From Eledone cirrhosa (lineage: Eukaryota): a DNA stretch of 64,000 bases. The notes beneath the pieces were generated by a model that was given only the letters and a program-made list of their open reading frames with translations, did not search any database and was not told where the DNA came from. Shown here piece after piece: positions 15,613-27,837 of the stretch. Location of the stretch: positions 192,882,001-192,946,000 of the forward strand of contig OZ024743.1 of NCBI GenBank assembly GCA_964016885.1, in the 5' to 3' direction. Numbering within the stretch: the stretch's first letter is position 1; each line of letters opens with the position of its first letter. Both the position numbers and the translations under genes were made by a program.

Positions 15613-16862
15613 AGAAACAGAAATATGGGACGTTAGTGTATTTGTCAGGGACATTAATGACGCAAATAAAATAATACCTGAGAATTGAAACCGGGTCATG
15701 GACACCGTTTGCCGAAAATTTGCTTTTTATTGTACATCGCTTAACTAAATACGCCAGTATCGAATCTTAATCTCTTGCTTATATATCCTAAATACATTGC
15801 CATACGTCAGTGTTTCCCACCAGAATTCCACGAGATAAGCTGTCTTTTAATCTAGATTATAATTCCTGTACAGCGCTTTTATCTGTATGTCACACGAACG
15901 CTACGTGGTATCAAAAACGTTCAAAAATGTTTTTATTTAGAATATATGGAACACCATTGTAAGACAAAAGTGGAGAGAGAGCAAATGTTCAAAATGTTGA
16001 AAGATGCATTAATTTATACCAGAAGTGAGCATTCTCTGACAACGGTGTTGAATGTCTGTCCGTTTATATATATATATTTGGTTAACGATTATAATGTCGT
16101 GCGTTCGATTCCTTGACCAAGTGGTGTGTATTGTTCTTAAGCAAAACATTTAATTTCACGTTGCTCCAGGGCATTGAGCTGAAAATGACTACCAACAGTA
16201 GCTGGGGGTTTACTCTGCGATGGACTGGCGTCCTGTCCAACGGTAATCTTGCACTCTCAGCCGCTTAATGTCAGAATTATTCCTCTAATTATTTTTCATT
16301 TAATGCCATAAAAATTAGTTTAGTCAGATTGCTCGTAAAATATAAATATGGGTTCCCCGATTTGGGATGAAATTGTACAAGGGTTTCATGACAAAAATTG
16401 TATAAGGGTTCCGCGACAAACTGTTTTGGGGAACCACTTTACGTTAATGCAGAACGGCATTATCATATTTTATCCGGCGTTTCACAGATTCTAATGAGTT
16501 TCTAGTGTGAAGGTTTAGTAAAGCATTTTTCATTTACTCCGACCAACTGGAACTCGATCTAGCTAACTCACTATTCGAACTCAAAAGTATTGGATAGCCT
16601 CTGACAACAACGCCAGTCTAATATTTCGTCTGATTACGGTCAATCACTTCACATCTGCAGTAGTCAATGTTTTATTATCTATCTTATTATAAAGAAAGAT
16701 ATCTTATTATATCTACTGTTGATCACTAAATAGTCTGTAATTTATAAATACTTAGTACATATCTTTCAGTTGTGCACCCCTTCTCTTTCCATGTATGTAT
16801 ACACACACACACTTTCTCTCTCTCTCATATCTATCTATCTCTCCCTCTCTCTCTCTCTCTAT

Positions 16863-16896
<34 letters not shown>

Positions 16897-17106
16897 ATAT
16901 ATATATATACATATATATATACACACATATATATATATATATACATATATATGTATATATATATACATATATATATATATGTATATATATATACATATAT
17001 ATATATGTGTATATATATATGTGTATATGTATATATATATATATATGGATATATATATATATATATGCATATATATGTATATGTATATGTATATATATAT
17101 ATATGC

Positions 17107-17138
<32 letters not shown>

Positions 17139-17155
17139 GCATATATATGTATATG

Positions 17156-17199
<44 letters not shown>

Positions 17200-17246
17200 C
17201 ATATATATATACATATATATATATACATATATATATATAGATATAC

Positions 17247-17277
<31 letters not shown>

Positions 17278-17574
17278 CATATATATATATACATACATAT
17301 ATATATATATATATACATATATACATATATATACAATATATATATACATATATACATATACAATAATATATATATATACATATAAAATAATATATATATA
17401 CATATATACTTATACAATAATATATATATACATATACAATAATATATATATATATACATATATATACATACAATAATATATATATACATATATATACATA
17501 CAATAATATATATATATACATATATATACATATATATACATATATATATATACATATACATATATACATAGGAA

Positions 17575-17789
17575 CGATCGACTTTCGTCAAATCGGACCG
17601 AGGAAACAATGTTTCCATTGGTCTTTCCAATTGCTAATACTATCTATCGGTCGCAACTCCAGGTAGAAGGAGCAACGTGAAATAAAGTGTCGTGCTCAAG
17701 GACATAACGCATTGCCTGGTCTGAGAATCGAACTCACAACCTCACGATTGCGAATCCAATTCTCTAACCACTCAGCCACACGCCTTCAT
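17575..17789 (-). mobile_element. tRNA-derived SINE (second copy 61348-61560)
   Basis: Head gaaggcgtgtggctgagtggttag...gagttcgattc followed by cttgagca.gacactttatttcacgttgctcc. Two near-identical copies in the window. Confidence 0.8.
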
Positions 17790-17858
17790 ATATATACATA
17801 TATATATACATATATAAATATTATATATATATATATAATATATATATAAATATATATA

Positions 17859-17969
17859 TAATATAGATGAGATTCTACAGGACTAGAACCGTTTCATTCT
17901 TTAGAAATCATCCCCGATGATTTCTAAAGAATGAAACAGTCCTAGTCCTGTAGAATCTCATCTATATTA
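17859..17969. repeat. Near-perfect palindrome (54-bp arms) of a PLE terminal repeat with hammerhead-like core
   Basis: Centre ccc at 17913-17915. Right arm ccgatga-tttctaaagaat-gaaa-cagt. Same family as 30925-31290. Confidence 0.85.
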
Positions 17970-18703
17970 AAACTTTTATACTCTGCTATGTATTGAGTAC
18001 CTTACTTACTGTGGTTACCTCCGATTCAACCCGGAATAACGTAAATATATATATATACGTATACAAGGTATACGTTGCTGACGATAGCTAATAAGCTTGA
18101 AACTAGTACAGCGTTCCTTTGTCAGTGTTGAACAAACGAGCAACGATGGTTGCTGGACACTACGGCTTAATACGGGATGTTTGTTTACAAATACACCGAA
18201 CATTATAAGAAATGTTCGGTGAATCCATACGTACATATATGTATGTGTGCATGTATGTATATATATATACATACTACTGTACGTCTGTATACATATATGT
18301 ATGTACGTGTACATACTTATATTTAAGTAACAGCCGTACTAAGAGTGGGAAGTGAAATTTCGTTTCATTTTTGCCGTTTATATATATATATATATTATTA
18401 TATATATATATTATTATATATATATATTATTATATATATTATATATATATATTATTATATATATATATTATTATTTATGGACTAAGTGTTGTTACTCTTG
18501 GATATTTTTACCAAAATGTTACTACAATATATATATATATATGTGCGTGTGTGTAAAAAAATCTCATATTCAATCAGCTTGTTTTGTCCGTCTGTCTATC
18601 ACTGGAGCATAGATCGTTCTATTTATTCTCATTTCCGCATATTTTCGAACGATACATGCACACACTGAAATGAATGAAATAACAGAGCATACACATAACA
18701 TGT

Positions 18704-18745
<42 letters not shown>

Positions 18746-18755
<10 letters not shown>

Positions 18756-18868
18756 TAAAACATGTCTATAGAATCACCAGATAAAATAATGTTAATTATG
18801 CTAATTGAGAGAGGAAATGGTATATATTTTATCTGGTGTGATTCTATAGACATGTTTTATGATATATA
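18746..18868. repeat. Inverted repeat with ~43-bp arms at a (TA)n edge
   Basis: tatcataaaacatgtctatagaatcaccagataaaata vs tattttatctggtgtgattctatagacatgttttatgata. Confidence 0.85.
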
Positions 18869-18929
18869 GCTCTGATTATTTAATTTATTAACTTTTCATT
18901 GAGCCACAAAGTGACCCGTTGCAAAACAC

Positions 18930-19020
<91 letters not shown>

Positions 19021-19022
<2 letters not shown>

Positions 19023-19097
19023 CACAGGGTGTCCCCAAAAATGTATATACACTTCAACAGCATTCTAATAAATGTGTGTATACATTTTTGCGACACC

Positions 19098-19104
<7 letters not shown>
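19021..19104. mobile_element. Tc1/mariner-type MITE (related copy 48182-48280)
   Basis: TIR cagggtgtc.caaaaatgtatacac, TA-flanked, embedded in (TA)n. Confidence 0.75.
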
Positions 19105-19141
<37 letters not shown>

Positions 19142-19280
19142 CAGTTTGTGTTTAAATCAGTACTGGTGAGTAGAATCTACAAATATATTTTCTAAGAAAA
19201 AAGTGGCAGTGATAGTCGCTGTATATTTTAGATAGAAAGATAGATACACAGAAAAAAAAATTTAAATGTGTAATACTTAC

Positions 19281-19379
19281 TCGTTGAATAGATAATGGTT
19301 TAGCAAAATCCGTCCCCCCTTGTATTCGGAATCCCCAGGGTACATCACTGCAACTTCGGGACAGCCATAAAGTTTCCAT
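19281..19379 (-). CDS. First coding exon of a PDZ-LIM (Zasp/ALP/Enigma family) protein, N-terminal PDZ half
   Basis: Translates METLWLSRSCSDVPWGFRIQGGTDFAKPLSIQR (33 codons), matching the PWGFRLxGGxDFxxPL signature of Zasp/PDLIM PDZ domains. It is followed directly by a GTAAGT donor (plus-strand acttac 19275-19280), phase 0, at the intron position known for this family. No further exon was recognised in the window. Confidence 0.9.
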
Positions 19380-20283
19380 AGCTTTAATATGGTAAACGTT
19401 TATTCCAAGTTTGTCTTTTCTTTGTTTTTAGTTGTTTCAGAGATCTTTATGTATTGATATCTGTTGCTCTTAAAAATTCCTTTCGACCCGTCAGGGTTTG
19501 TTTTTCCCCCCAATAGTTGCTAAATTAACTACTAACAAAGTTAGTAGTAGATGGAGAGGAGAGACAGAGAGAGAGACGCACACACACTTCTCGCCTTGCC
19601 TCCACTACTTCAGGGGGCAAGGTTAGCCTCTGATCTTTTTTGTCCCAGGATTTAATATATATATATATATCTTTGGGCTACGATGCGCTCACCAGCGAAC
19701 GAAACACGAAAAAAAATAGCAAAATCAACAATAAAACAAATCAACAAATTAGAAGAGAGACTCCCAGAGATAGGGAGGGAAATTACTCCGCCCTTTCCCT
19801 ACTTTGATTCGCTCTTATTTTCACCTTCTATCTCTCATTCACTCTCTGTCTCTATCTTTTTCTCACCCATCTAACTATATTTAACGTTCTTTGTTTCTTT
19901 CTTTCTTTCTTTTTTTGGCTATCACTCTTGTTTCGCTCACTTTTCTCTACTTCATTTACTCTTTTAGTTTCTGCATTCCATACACACACTCACACGCACT
20001 CATACACATACACACACTCCCCCCCTCACTTTCTCTCTCTTTTTCTTTTTCTCTGTCTTTATCAATCTTCTTTTTTTATTTCGAAGTCTACTCTCACTAT
20101 TACTCTTGTTCTCTATAAATTTCTTTTCTCTCATCCTCGTTTCTCACACGCAATATTCTTTCAGTCTCGGATTTTTTTCTCTCTCTCACACAACTTTCTC
20201 TCTGTCACTTTTTCTTTCTCTTACACACTTTTTTCATCTCTCTCTCTCTCCCTCTCTCTCTCTCTCTTACACACTTTTTTCAT

Positions 20284-20340
<57 letters not shown>

Positions 20341-20380
20341 GTCTGTCTGTCTGTCTGTCTGTATGTATGTCTATCTATAA

Positions 20381-20592
20381 GGGTACTCACTCTTCGTACT
20401 CCTGGAGATGAGGGTTGCATATTTTTTTCGGGGGTATGTGTTACCCATATGTAATGTCTCCCCCTATTGGGGAAAATCGATTAATTTTTAAATTGCATTT
20501 GTGATAGTATTTTACACGTTTTTATTGTATGTAAACTTCCCCCCTTTGTATTTGTCCCCTCCTTTTGCGCCCCTGTGGCTAATAAAGAAACA
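20381..20592 (+). mobile_element. Isolated 3' UTR of a Tx1-like LINE
   Basis: Homologous to 26505-26700 (ttttcgggggt.tgtg, tatgtaaact.ccccctttgtattt). Ends aataaagaaacatatctat. Confidence 0.75.
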
Positions 20593-21152
20593 TATCTATT
20601 CTATCTGTATATCTATCTATCTATAATATTTATCTATCTATCTATTTATCTATCTAATAGGAAAAGAATCAGGACCCCGACGGCTGAGCTCCGGCCGTTT
20701 CAACAGCTAGATCCGAATTATACTGACTCTTTTCCTATTACCCACTCTACTACCCTAAGTATCGAGTACTCTGGTACGTTATGGTCCACCTGGTTCCTTA
20801 CCACACTTCCTTCGTTTCTTATCTATCTATCTATATATCTATCAATCTACCTATGTATCTATCTATATATCTATCTATTTATCTATCTGCCTGTCTATCT
20901 ATCTATCTATTTATTATCTAGCTGTCGTCTGTTCGACAGCGTAGACGTAATTCACTTCGCGCAGAAGTTTTGTTCCAATTTATTGCGGAAATTTTGTAAG
21001 TTTAATTTTAATTTTGATACTATTGTGTAGCTTGACCCCCCCCCCCCCCGTCTGAACTGTCAGGCGGTGGGTCAGCTCATTTTCGCCCCTCCCAGGGGTG
21101 AAAAACCTGTTTTTTTAAATTTTGTGACATAAAATTTCAATCGTCTGGCAGA

Positions 21153-23055
21153 AATGTTAAACGAAGCTAACGAAAATAGTGGTGGGGGGACAACGGTAAG
21201 AGTTGTAAGCTCGCACGCTTTAGTCCCCCCCCCCCTTCCTTCCCAACTAACGTCATAGAGAAGGAAAGAAAAAATAAAATAAAAACAGACGAATGTGCGG
21301 AGAAAAATGACGAAAACACAAATCTGGAGATTGATTCCAACAACAACAAAAATTTGAAAGAATTGCATGACAATATTAATACCACAAACAAAGAAACAAC
21401 AAACACAAAAATAACATTTGAAAACAACATCATAACAGAAAGCAAAGCAGACGACAAAGTCAACACCAATAATATCTCATTTGCACAAACAACAAAGAAA
21501 TCTTTAACATATATACCTGAAAATATTTCAGATGTGGCACAAAGAATAAAAAACGCCAAACAATACATAACTCAAGGGGAAAATGGAACCTTATCGGTAA
21601 AAATGCCCCAAGAACTCACCAAAGATATTGAAAGTCGGACGGTCGTTTTCCGCACCATCAACAACATCTCAAAAAAACCTCAACAACCAACACAAGCAGA
21701 AATTAAAGCAGTACTTACAGAAGTACTTAATGAAGCCACTTTCATAAGAAGAGACAGGCTGTATGGAAACCTAGCGATTATTATGAAGAACGAATCAGCG
21801 GCAAAAAAATATGCTTTGTCGCCGATTCGTTCGACAAATTTTACCTTTTATCCATCTTATATGGGTAAAAGAACTCAGCGCATATGGCTGGATGCGATGA
21901 TGCCAGATGTGGACTACTGCTGGCTCATAGCTGGCTTCATCGATCCAGCGAATGACAACGTGATTTCCATTGGAAAACCACAGGTAATGCGTTCAGTAGA
22001 ACAGGTATAGAACTTGTAGTGCAAATGAAGCCTGAACGCATTGCCCAAATACCCGACAGAATCCTATTAGAGGGCCACGGGTATATAAACATTAGCGTGG
22101 AGGGGAGAAGGCCGTCCTGTCATATATGTGCAGGCAGGGGGCACCTGAAGGCGGCTTGTCCCCAACTCAACAAGAAGAAAACCCTGCTACCAACACCAGC
22201 TCCACCACCACCACAACAGATAAACAAACAACAAAACTCAGTCCCACCCAACCCGTCCCTCAGTAAAACTACACCACCACCACAACACAAACAGACACAA
22301 CACATTACCCAAAAACAAAACACAGTCCCACCCAACCCCTCACTCAATAAAACAACGCAACCACCGCAGCCACAACACACAACACAGTCTAAAATAGTGA
22401 CATCCATCTCCCCCACAAAGAAAACCAACACGGAAACATTACCAGCAAACATACCTCTTCCCTCCAACACTGAAGATAACCCAACGAATTCGGAGGAAGA
22501 AATGGAGTCCTTCAGACAGATTAAAAGGAAAAAAAGAAAACATGTGCAAAACACACAAGGCCAAACAACCCCTACCCAAATGTCAACACAATCCAACAAA
22601 ACACAAAACACCCCTCCAGCAACAAACAAAACCAAACCTGCCCTCTCCTCTTCGAAACACTCACACCATCCGAAAAAAAGACATTACACTATACTTACAT
22701 CAACAGAAACAATAATAAATTAAATGAACTCATAAACAATAACCCTTCGGTACAAACCGAAGGGGTAAACTTTGTTTCTTCAGAAAACTACCCACATTTA
22801 AAATTAATAAAGATCCCAATAAACCTCTACCAAAAACTAAAAAGGGATTTTAAGGAGGACGTAGGACCACCCTCTGTCAAACCCATAAACCGCGTCCTCC
22901 TAAAAAGCTTTCTCCCTCCCCTTCCCCTCCCCAACACAACTCCAAACACCCCAACCCCACCACACACTGACGACCACACACCACCACAAGACACCCCTTC
23001 ACTCAACACCCCCGACCCCATGGAAGTCGTGCGACCCCGGGAAGCAGAAAGGTAG
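21153..23055 (+). pseudogene. Tx1-like ORF1 (CCHC zinc knuckle, Pro/Thr/Gln-rich tail), interrupted
   Basis: VEGRRPSCHICAGRGHLKAACP knuckle. Stops at ~22008 and ~22721 and a frameshift. The start position is uncertain. Confidence 0.75.
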
Positions 23056-23088
23056 GTCTCTACACTCTCCTTTGGCTTTGCCGCCCAC

Positions 23089-26000
23089 ATGGATGTGTTA
23101 AGAGTAGGATGTTTGAATGCACGTGGCCTGGGCTCAACTTGGAAACAAGCAAAGCTTCTAAATGACCTCAGGTCACGTGGTATAAATGTAATGGTTATCT
23201 GTGAGACTCGGATCAGCGTCGTGCGGCAGCTGGCCCCTACCCTCGGTGACTTTGAGGTGCATGCATCTCTCTGTCAACCTGGAGGTGGGGGTGGGGTTGT
23301 CGTACTGCTGGAAAAACACCTGGGTCTCGCCGTACAGGTTGTTCACTCGGACCCGGAAGGTCGTTTGTTGGTGCTAGACGTCGGCAGTAGTGAAGGTGCG
23401 GCCTTGAGACTGGTCGCCGTCTACTCCCCTTTCGGAGCTGAACGACCCGACTTCTTCCAGCGTCTGGAGACTTTTCTGGGAACGTCGGGTTCCCTGCTTC
23501 TAGCGGGGGATTGGAATGACATCCTAGATGCACGTTGGGACTATGCAGGAGCATGTCCTAATAGAGGGGGTCTAACAGCCTCAAGGGGTTACTCGACCGT
23601 TTTAACTTGGTCGATAGATATCGACTAGATTTTCCAACTGTGCCAACCTGGACTTGGACGAACCACAGTGGTCAATCTAGATCGTACTTAGATAGATTCT
23701 TAGTTAGAAGTAAGGATAGGGACATATTAAGCTGTCCAGAAATGCTCACGGTTGGTTATACAGATCACAAATTAGTGACCTGCGTAGTCAATCTCTAGAA
23801 AACACATAGACAGGATCCCGGTTACTGGAAACTTAATTTGTCTTTACCGGCAAAGGGGACTTACAGAAACCGGATTAGCAGATTAGTTAAGGAGAGGTTG
23901 ACGGGTGCAATCGTCAACAACCGATGGTGGGCATCTCTCAAAAGAGAGATTAGAACAGAATCAATAAGTTATAGCAAGATGTTAGCTGCCGATAGGAATA
24001 GGAACGAGAAAGAATTAACAGGTAAATTAGAAGAGGCAATCAAGAGCTAAGATGTGGCCAGAGTGCTGGCATCGAGGACGGCCTTGAGCCAGTTTTTCGA
24101 TGCAAAGCACGAAGGCTGCGTCATTCGAAGTAAAATACGTGCTCTAGGTAATGAGGGGGCCAAAGCCGTTGGCTGGGCCCGCGTGACAGAAGCTAAGAGT
24201 GGAAATCGATCCACCATCCGCTCTTTGCAAGACGAGGATGGACGGGTGATCCGGGAGCCTAAGCAGATGTGCGAGGCCTTTCAAAGGCACTTTGCCCGAT
24301 TGTTCGGGGGAGGCGAGGGTCCGGGCGGGGACGTGGATTTCGGTCCATACCTCAACGGCCTGCCGCGTCTCTCGGCTGATGAGATCGGGGATGCGCTGAG
24401 CCAATGCAGCAGACGCAAATCTCCAGGTCTCGATGGTATACCTTACGAACTTTATTTAGCAATGCCGGTCTTCTCCGAACTTCTCGAAGCAGTCTACTGC
24501 AATTGGCAGCAGAACGGGAGAATTCCTTGTTCTGTAGCCAAGGGCGTAGTCTCGCTGGTGAGGAAGGACGAGAACAAGGGGGATAGTATAAATAATTTTC
24601 GGCCCATAACCCTGCTAAACACAGAGTTAAAGATTTTGGCCAAGGTGTTAGCAAAGAGGTTGGCGCTTGTCATGGGTGGCCTGGTGGGAGATGCGCAGAC
24701 ATGTGCTATCCCATCCAGGTCCATTCACGACAACCTCCACCTCATGCGATACATCATAGAGAGGGTTGGCAACAAACCCGGCTTCGGTGGGGCCCTGATC
24801 AACTTGGATCAGTCTAAGGCGTTCGATAGGGTCGACCATGGTTACCTGGATGCGGTGCTAGCGGCGGCTGGGTTTGGTCCTGTTTTCAGAGGCTGGATCA
24901 CTGCCTTACATAGCAACCACATCTGTTTTAGGATCAAGGTGAACGGCTACCTTTCGAAGCCGTTCGAAATCACACGATCCATTCGACAGGGGTGCCCTCT
25001 CTCCTCCCTTCTGTACGTATTGACTCTCGAGCCTTTACTGAGGAAGTTGGAGTTGTTGCAGGGTATCCCCCTGGAACCAGGATTGAGCAAAGCGGTGTCG
25101 GCCTACGCCGATGACGTAACAGTAATGGTATCGACCGACTCGGAGATCGAGGCGATCGGTACCTTACTGGAGGAATACGAAAGGTTGTCAGGAGCGAAAC
25201 TGAATCGGGAGAAATCTATCGGGCTGCAACTCAGAACGTGGAGAGGCAGACCGATGCCCCCCGACAGTGTCGTCGGACACTAGACGGAGGGCCCGGTGAA
25301 GTTGCTTGGGGTCTGGTTTGGACCGGACCTCCAGGTGGAAAAGAACTAGGGCGAGGTTACGAACAATGTGTTTGCACTAACCCAGAAATGGGCCAAGTGT
25401 AAGCTGTCCCTAAAAGGTCGGGCGGAGGTGGCGAACATTTACATAGCGTCCGTCACTTACTACCGCCTGACTGTCGTGCCTTGCCCTAAGGAAACACTCA
25501 CCACCATCGAACGCATGCTCTTTCAATTTCTTTGGAAGAAGCGCCCTCCTATGGTGAGAAGATCCATCTGCTGCCAACAACCTTCAAAAGGAGGGCTGGG
25601 GATGCCGTGGTTGATGATGCGTAGGCACGCATTAAGGCTACGGCACCTACAGGTATTCCTCACTGGTCAACCGGTGTGGGCTCCGTTCGTGTAACGAGCC
25701 TTTCCGAGACTCGTCTCGCTCACCGAGCTGCAGTCCTGGGTCAAGCAAAGATCCGGAAAACTGGGAGACTGGCACACTGAGTGTGCCCAGGCGCTCAGGG
25801 CTCTCTGGCAAGCGGACCCGGCCATCGGTGGAGAATCCACCTCGTCATTCTATAGAGGGCTGGTGGCTAGCAGGGGCGATGACACCCTTGGAGAGTCGCT
25901 GGACATGGAAAAGGACGAGCTGGCCAGCCTGTTCGGTAGGACTTTCGGCCCGGGACCAATGGACAACTTCCAGAAGTCACTAGCCTGGCAGTGCTACCGG

Positions 26001-26486
26001 GGGGCTCTACCCGTTCGAGAAAAGCTCTACAGACACGCGCGCCCGGGCAGGGATCCCTCGAAAAAGATTTGCCCTAGATGCGTGCGTCACGAAGAAACCG
26101 TTGCGCACGCATTGGTGCAATGTCCTGGCGTGGCTGATCTGTGGGGCTACGCCGAACGACTGCTGTCGCGGGTGGCGCCGATTCGATTGACCGCCGAGTC
26201 CGTGATGACAATCAAGCCGCCTCCCCTCTTCACAAAGGAAGCAAAGGCGGTTTTTCTGTGCGTAATAGCCATGTTGAAAGAGGTTGTTTGGTGGACACGA
26301 TTGAAAGGTCTGAGGTCAGGCAACTTCCTCTCTGGCCATAGTCTGGTCTACTTCTTCCGATATCACTTCGGAAGAAGGATAAGAATGGAGAGAGAGGTGC
26401 TTGGCCACAGACAGTTTTATGAAAGGTGGGTGATAGTGGCGAGAATGGCTCGTGTAAATGGGCCTTCTCTGTATACCATCCTGTAG
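23089..26486 (+). pseudogene. Tx1-like ORF2: APE endonuclease, reverse transcriptase and C-terminal zinc finger, with several stops and frameshifts
   Basis: CLNARGL, ICETR, GDWN, SYLDRFL, TDHK (APE). KSPGLDG, FRPITLLN, LDQSKAFDRVDH, RQGCPLS, YADD (RT). CPRC..EETVAHALVQC (zinc finger). Confidence 0.92.
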
Positions 26487-27226
26487 GTAAAGAAGTGAAG
26501 GAGAGGGGAGCACCTTCTCCATGTGCTCCCCGGGCAAAGGATTGCACACTTTTTCGGGGGTGTGTGCAACCCCCATCACGTCCCCTCCCTTTTGAGGTTG
26601 TTTTCGATTATTTTCATTTTATACCCTTTTTACTCGGTTTTATGTAAACTCCCCCTTTGTATTTATCCCTTCTTTTTATGCCTTTATGGTAAATAAAGAA
26701 ATATATCTATCTATCTATTTATCTGTCTATCGGTGTATTCATCTGTCTATTATATTTTATTTAATACATAGTTTATTTTAATTTATTAATGTTAAAGTTT
26801 ACACAATTTTTATGTAAAACCTCCGCCGTTACGCCTTGTAATGTCCCATTTCTTGAGCACCCTTGTGGCAAATAAAGAAACATATCTATTATATAGATCC
26901 TTTTCTGTTTCACGTCTTCATTTTCTCTTTCTTATTCCTTTTAGTTTTACTCTACTCTTCTCTATTCCTCTCCCCTACACTCTTTACTTTACTCTTTTTG
27001 TTCCCTATTTTCACTCTCATACGCCCTTCGCGTTTTCTTTTCTTTCGTTATTTTTTCTCGCTCACTTTCTTTACTCTTTCCTCCTTGTTTTCACTCCCTC
27101 GCCTTTTTATTCTTCCTTTCTGTGTTTCTCCCTTCATTTGTTTTACTTTTTCTTTCTCTATTATCCCTGCTTCACATTATTTCCTCTAACCTCTCTCTGT
27201 TTGACCCTCTTCATTTCTCTACTTTC

Positions 27227-27290
<64 letters not shown>

Positions 27291-27405
27291 CTAATTTTTC
27301 TCTATCACTTTTCTCCCTTTACTCTCGTCTTTCCCTCAACCCCACTAACACTATATTTATTCCTCTCAATCGCTTCCATGCTCTCTTTCCCTTACTGTTC
27401 CTACC

Positions 27406-27837
27406 CAGGGCCGTATTACCCCATGCCCGGGTCCCTAAGGCGTTCTAGTATTTCTTGTTCCTTCTAACACACCAGTCTTTCACCTTACAACAGCCAAAAA
27501 ATTGACGAGCCCAGTGCCGGATTTAGGACAAACGAGGCCCCAAACATTTGAAAAATTCATTGGGCAAGAAGACCTCTGGTCAACGGAGCCCTGTGCACAC
27601 CTAAGCACAATGGTAAATCCGGCACGTCACGTGCCCCCTAGTCCTTATGAGGCTCCTAGTCTGAAGCCCCGTCAGCCTTATGAATGATACATGGGACATT
27701 AATCACGTACAACATTAGCACGTGATTAATAGCCCAAGTAAAGAGGAACCTCAACATAATGAAAAAGCATGTCTTCATTTTTTAAACGAGGAGCCGCGAA
27801 GCTTTTTAGGGCCTCACCGGGTTTTAATCTGGTACTG
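27406..27837. mobile_element. Degenerate hAT-like MITE remnant(s)
   Basis: CAG-started inverted ends (cagggccgtatta / taatctggtactg; inner cagtgccggattta / taaatccggcac). Flanks gttcctac / attcctac resemble an 8-bp TSD. Confidence 0.4.

Larger units (their letters stand above)
20921..26702 (+). mobile_element. Near full-length decayed Tx1/L1-clade non-LTR retrotransposon
   Basis: Two-ORF layout. Begins after (TATC)n and ends AATAAAgaa followed by (TATC)n. Confidence 0.9.

Noticed and set aside
17690-17789. tRNA gene (and similar A/B-box sequences at 29450-29527, 44270-44350, 63805-63870)
   Set aside because: These are SINE heads. No acceptor-stem closure is evident, and most continue into SINE body sequence.
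19152-19280. Extension of the PDZ ORF to 75 aa
   Set aside because: Similarity to PDZ stops at the GTAAGT donor. The rest is intron read-through.
24376-24382. CTGATGA matches inside LINE coding regions (also 9959) and at 38383 and 46960
   Set aside because: No paired stem II followed by GAAA and NUH. Chance matches or truncated motifs.
26841-27467. 208-aa hydrophobic ORF suggesting a membrane protein (similar case at 19891-20411)
   Set aside because: Arises from CT-rich low-complexity sequence and (CT)n.
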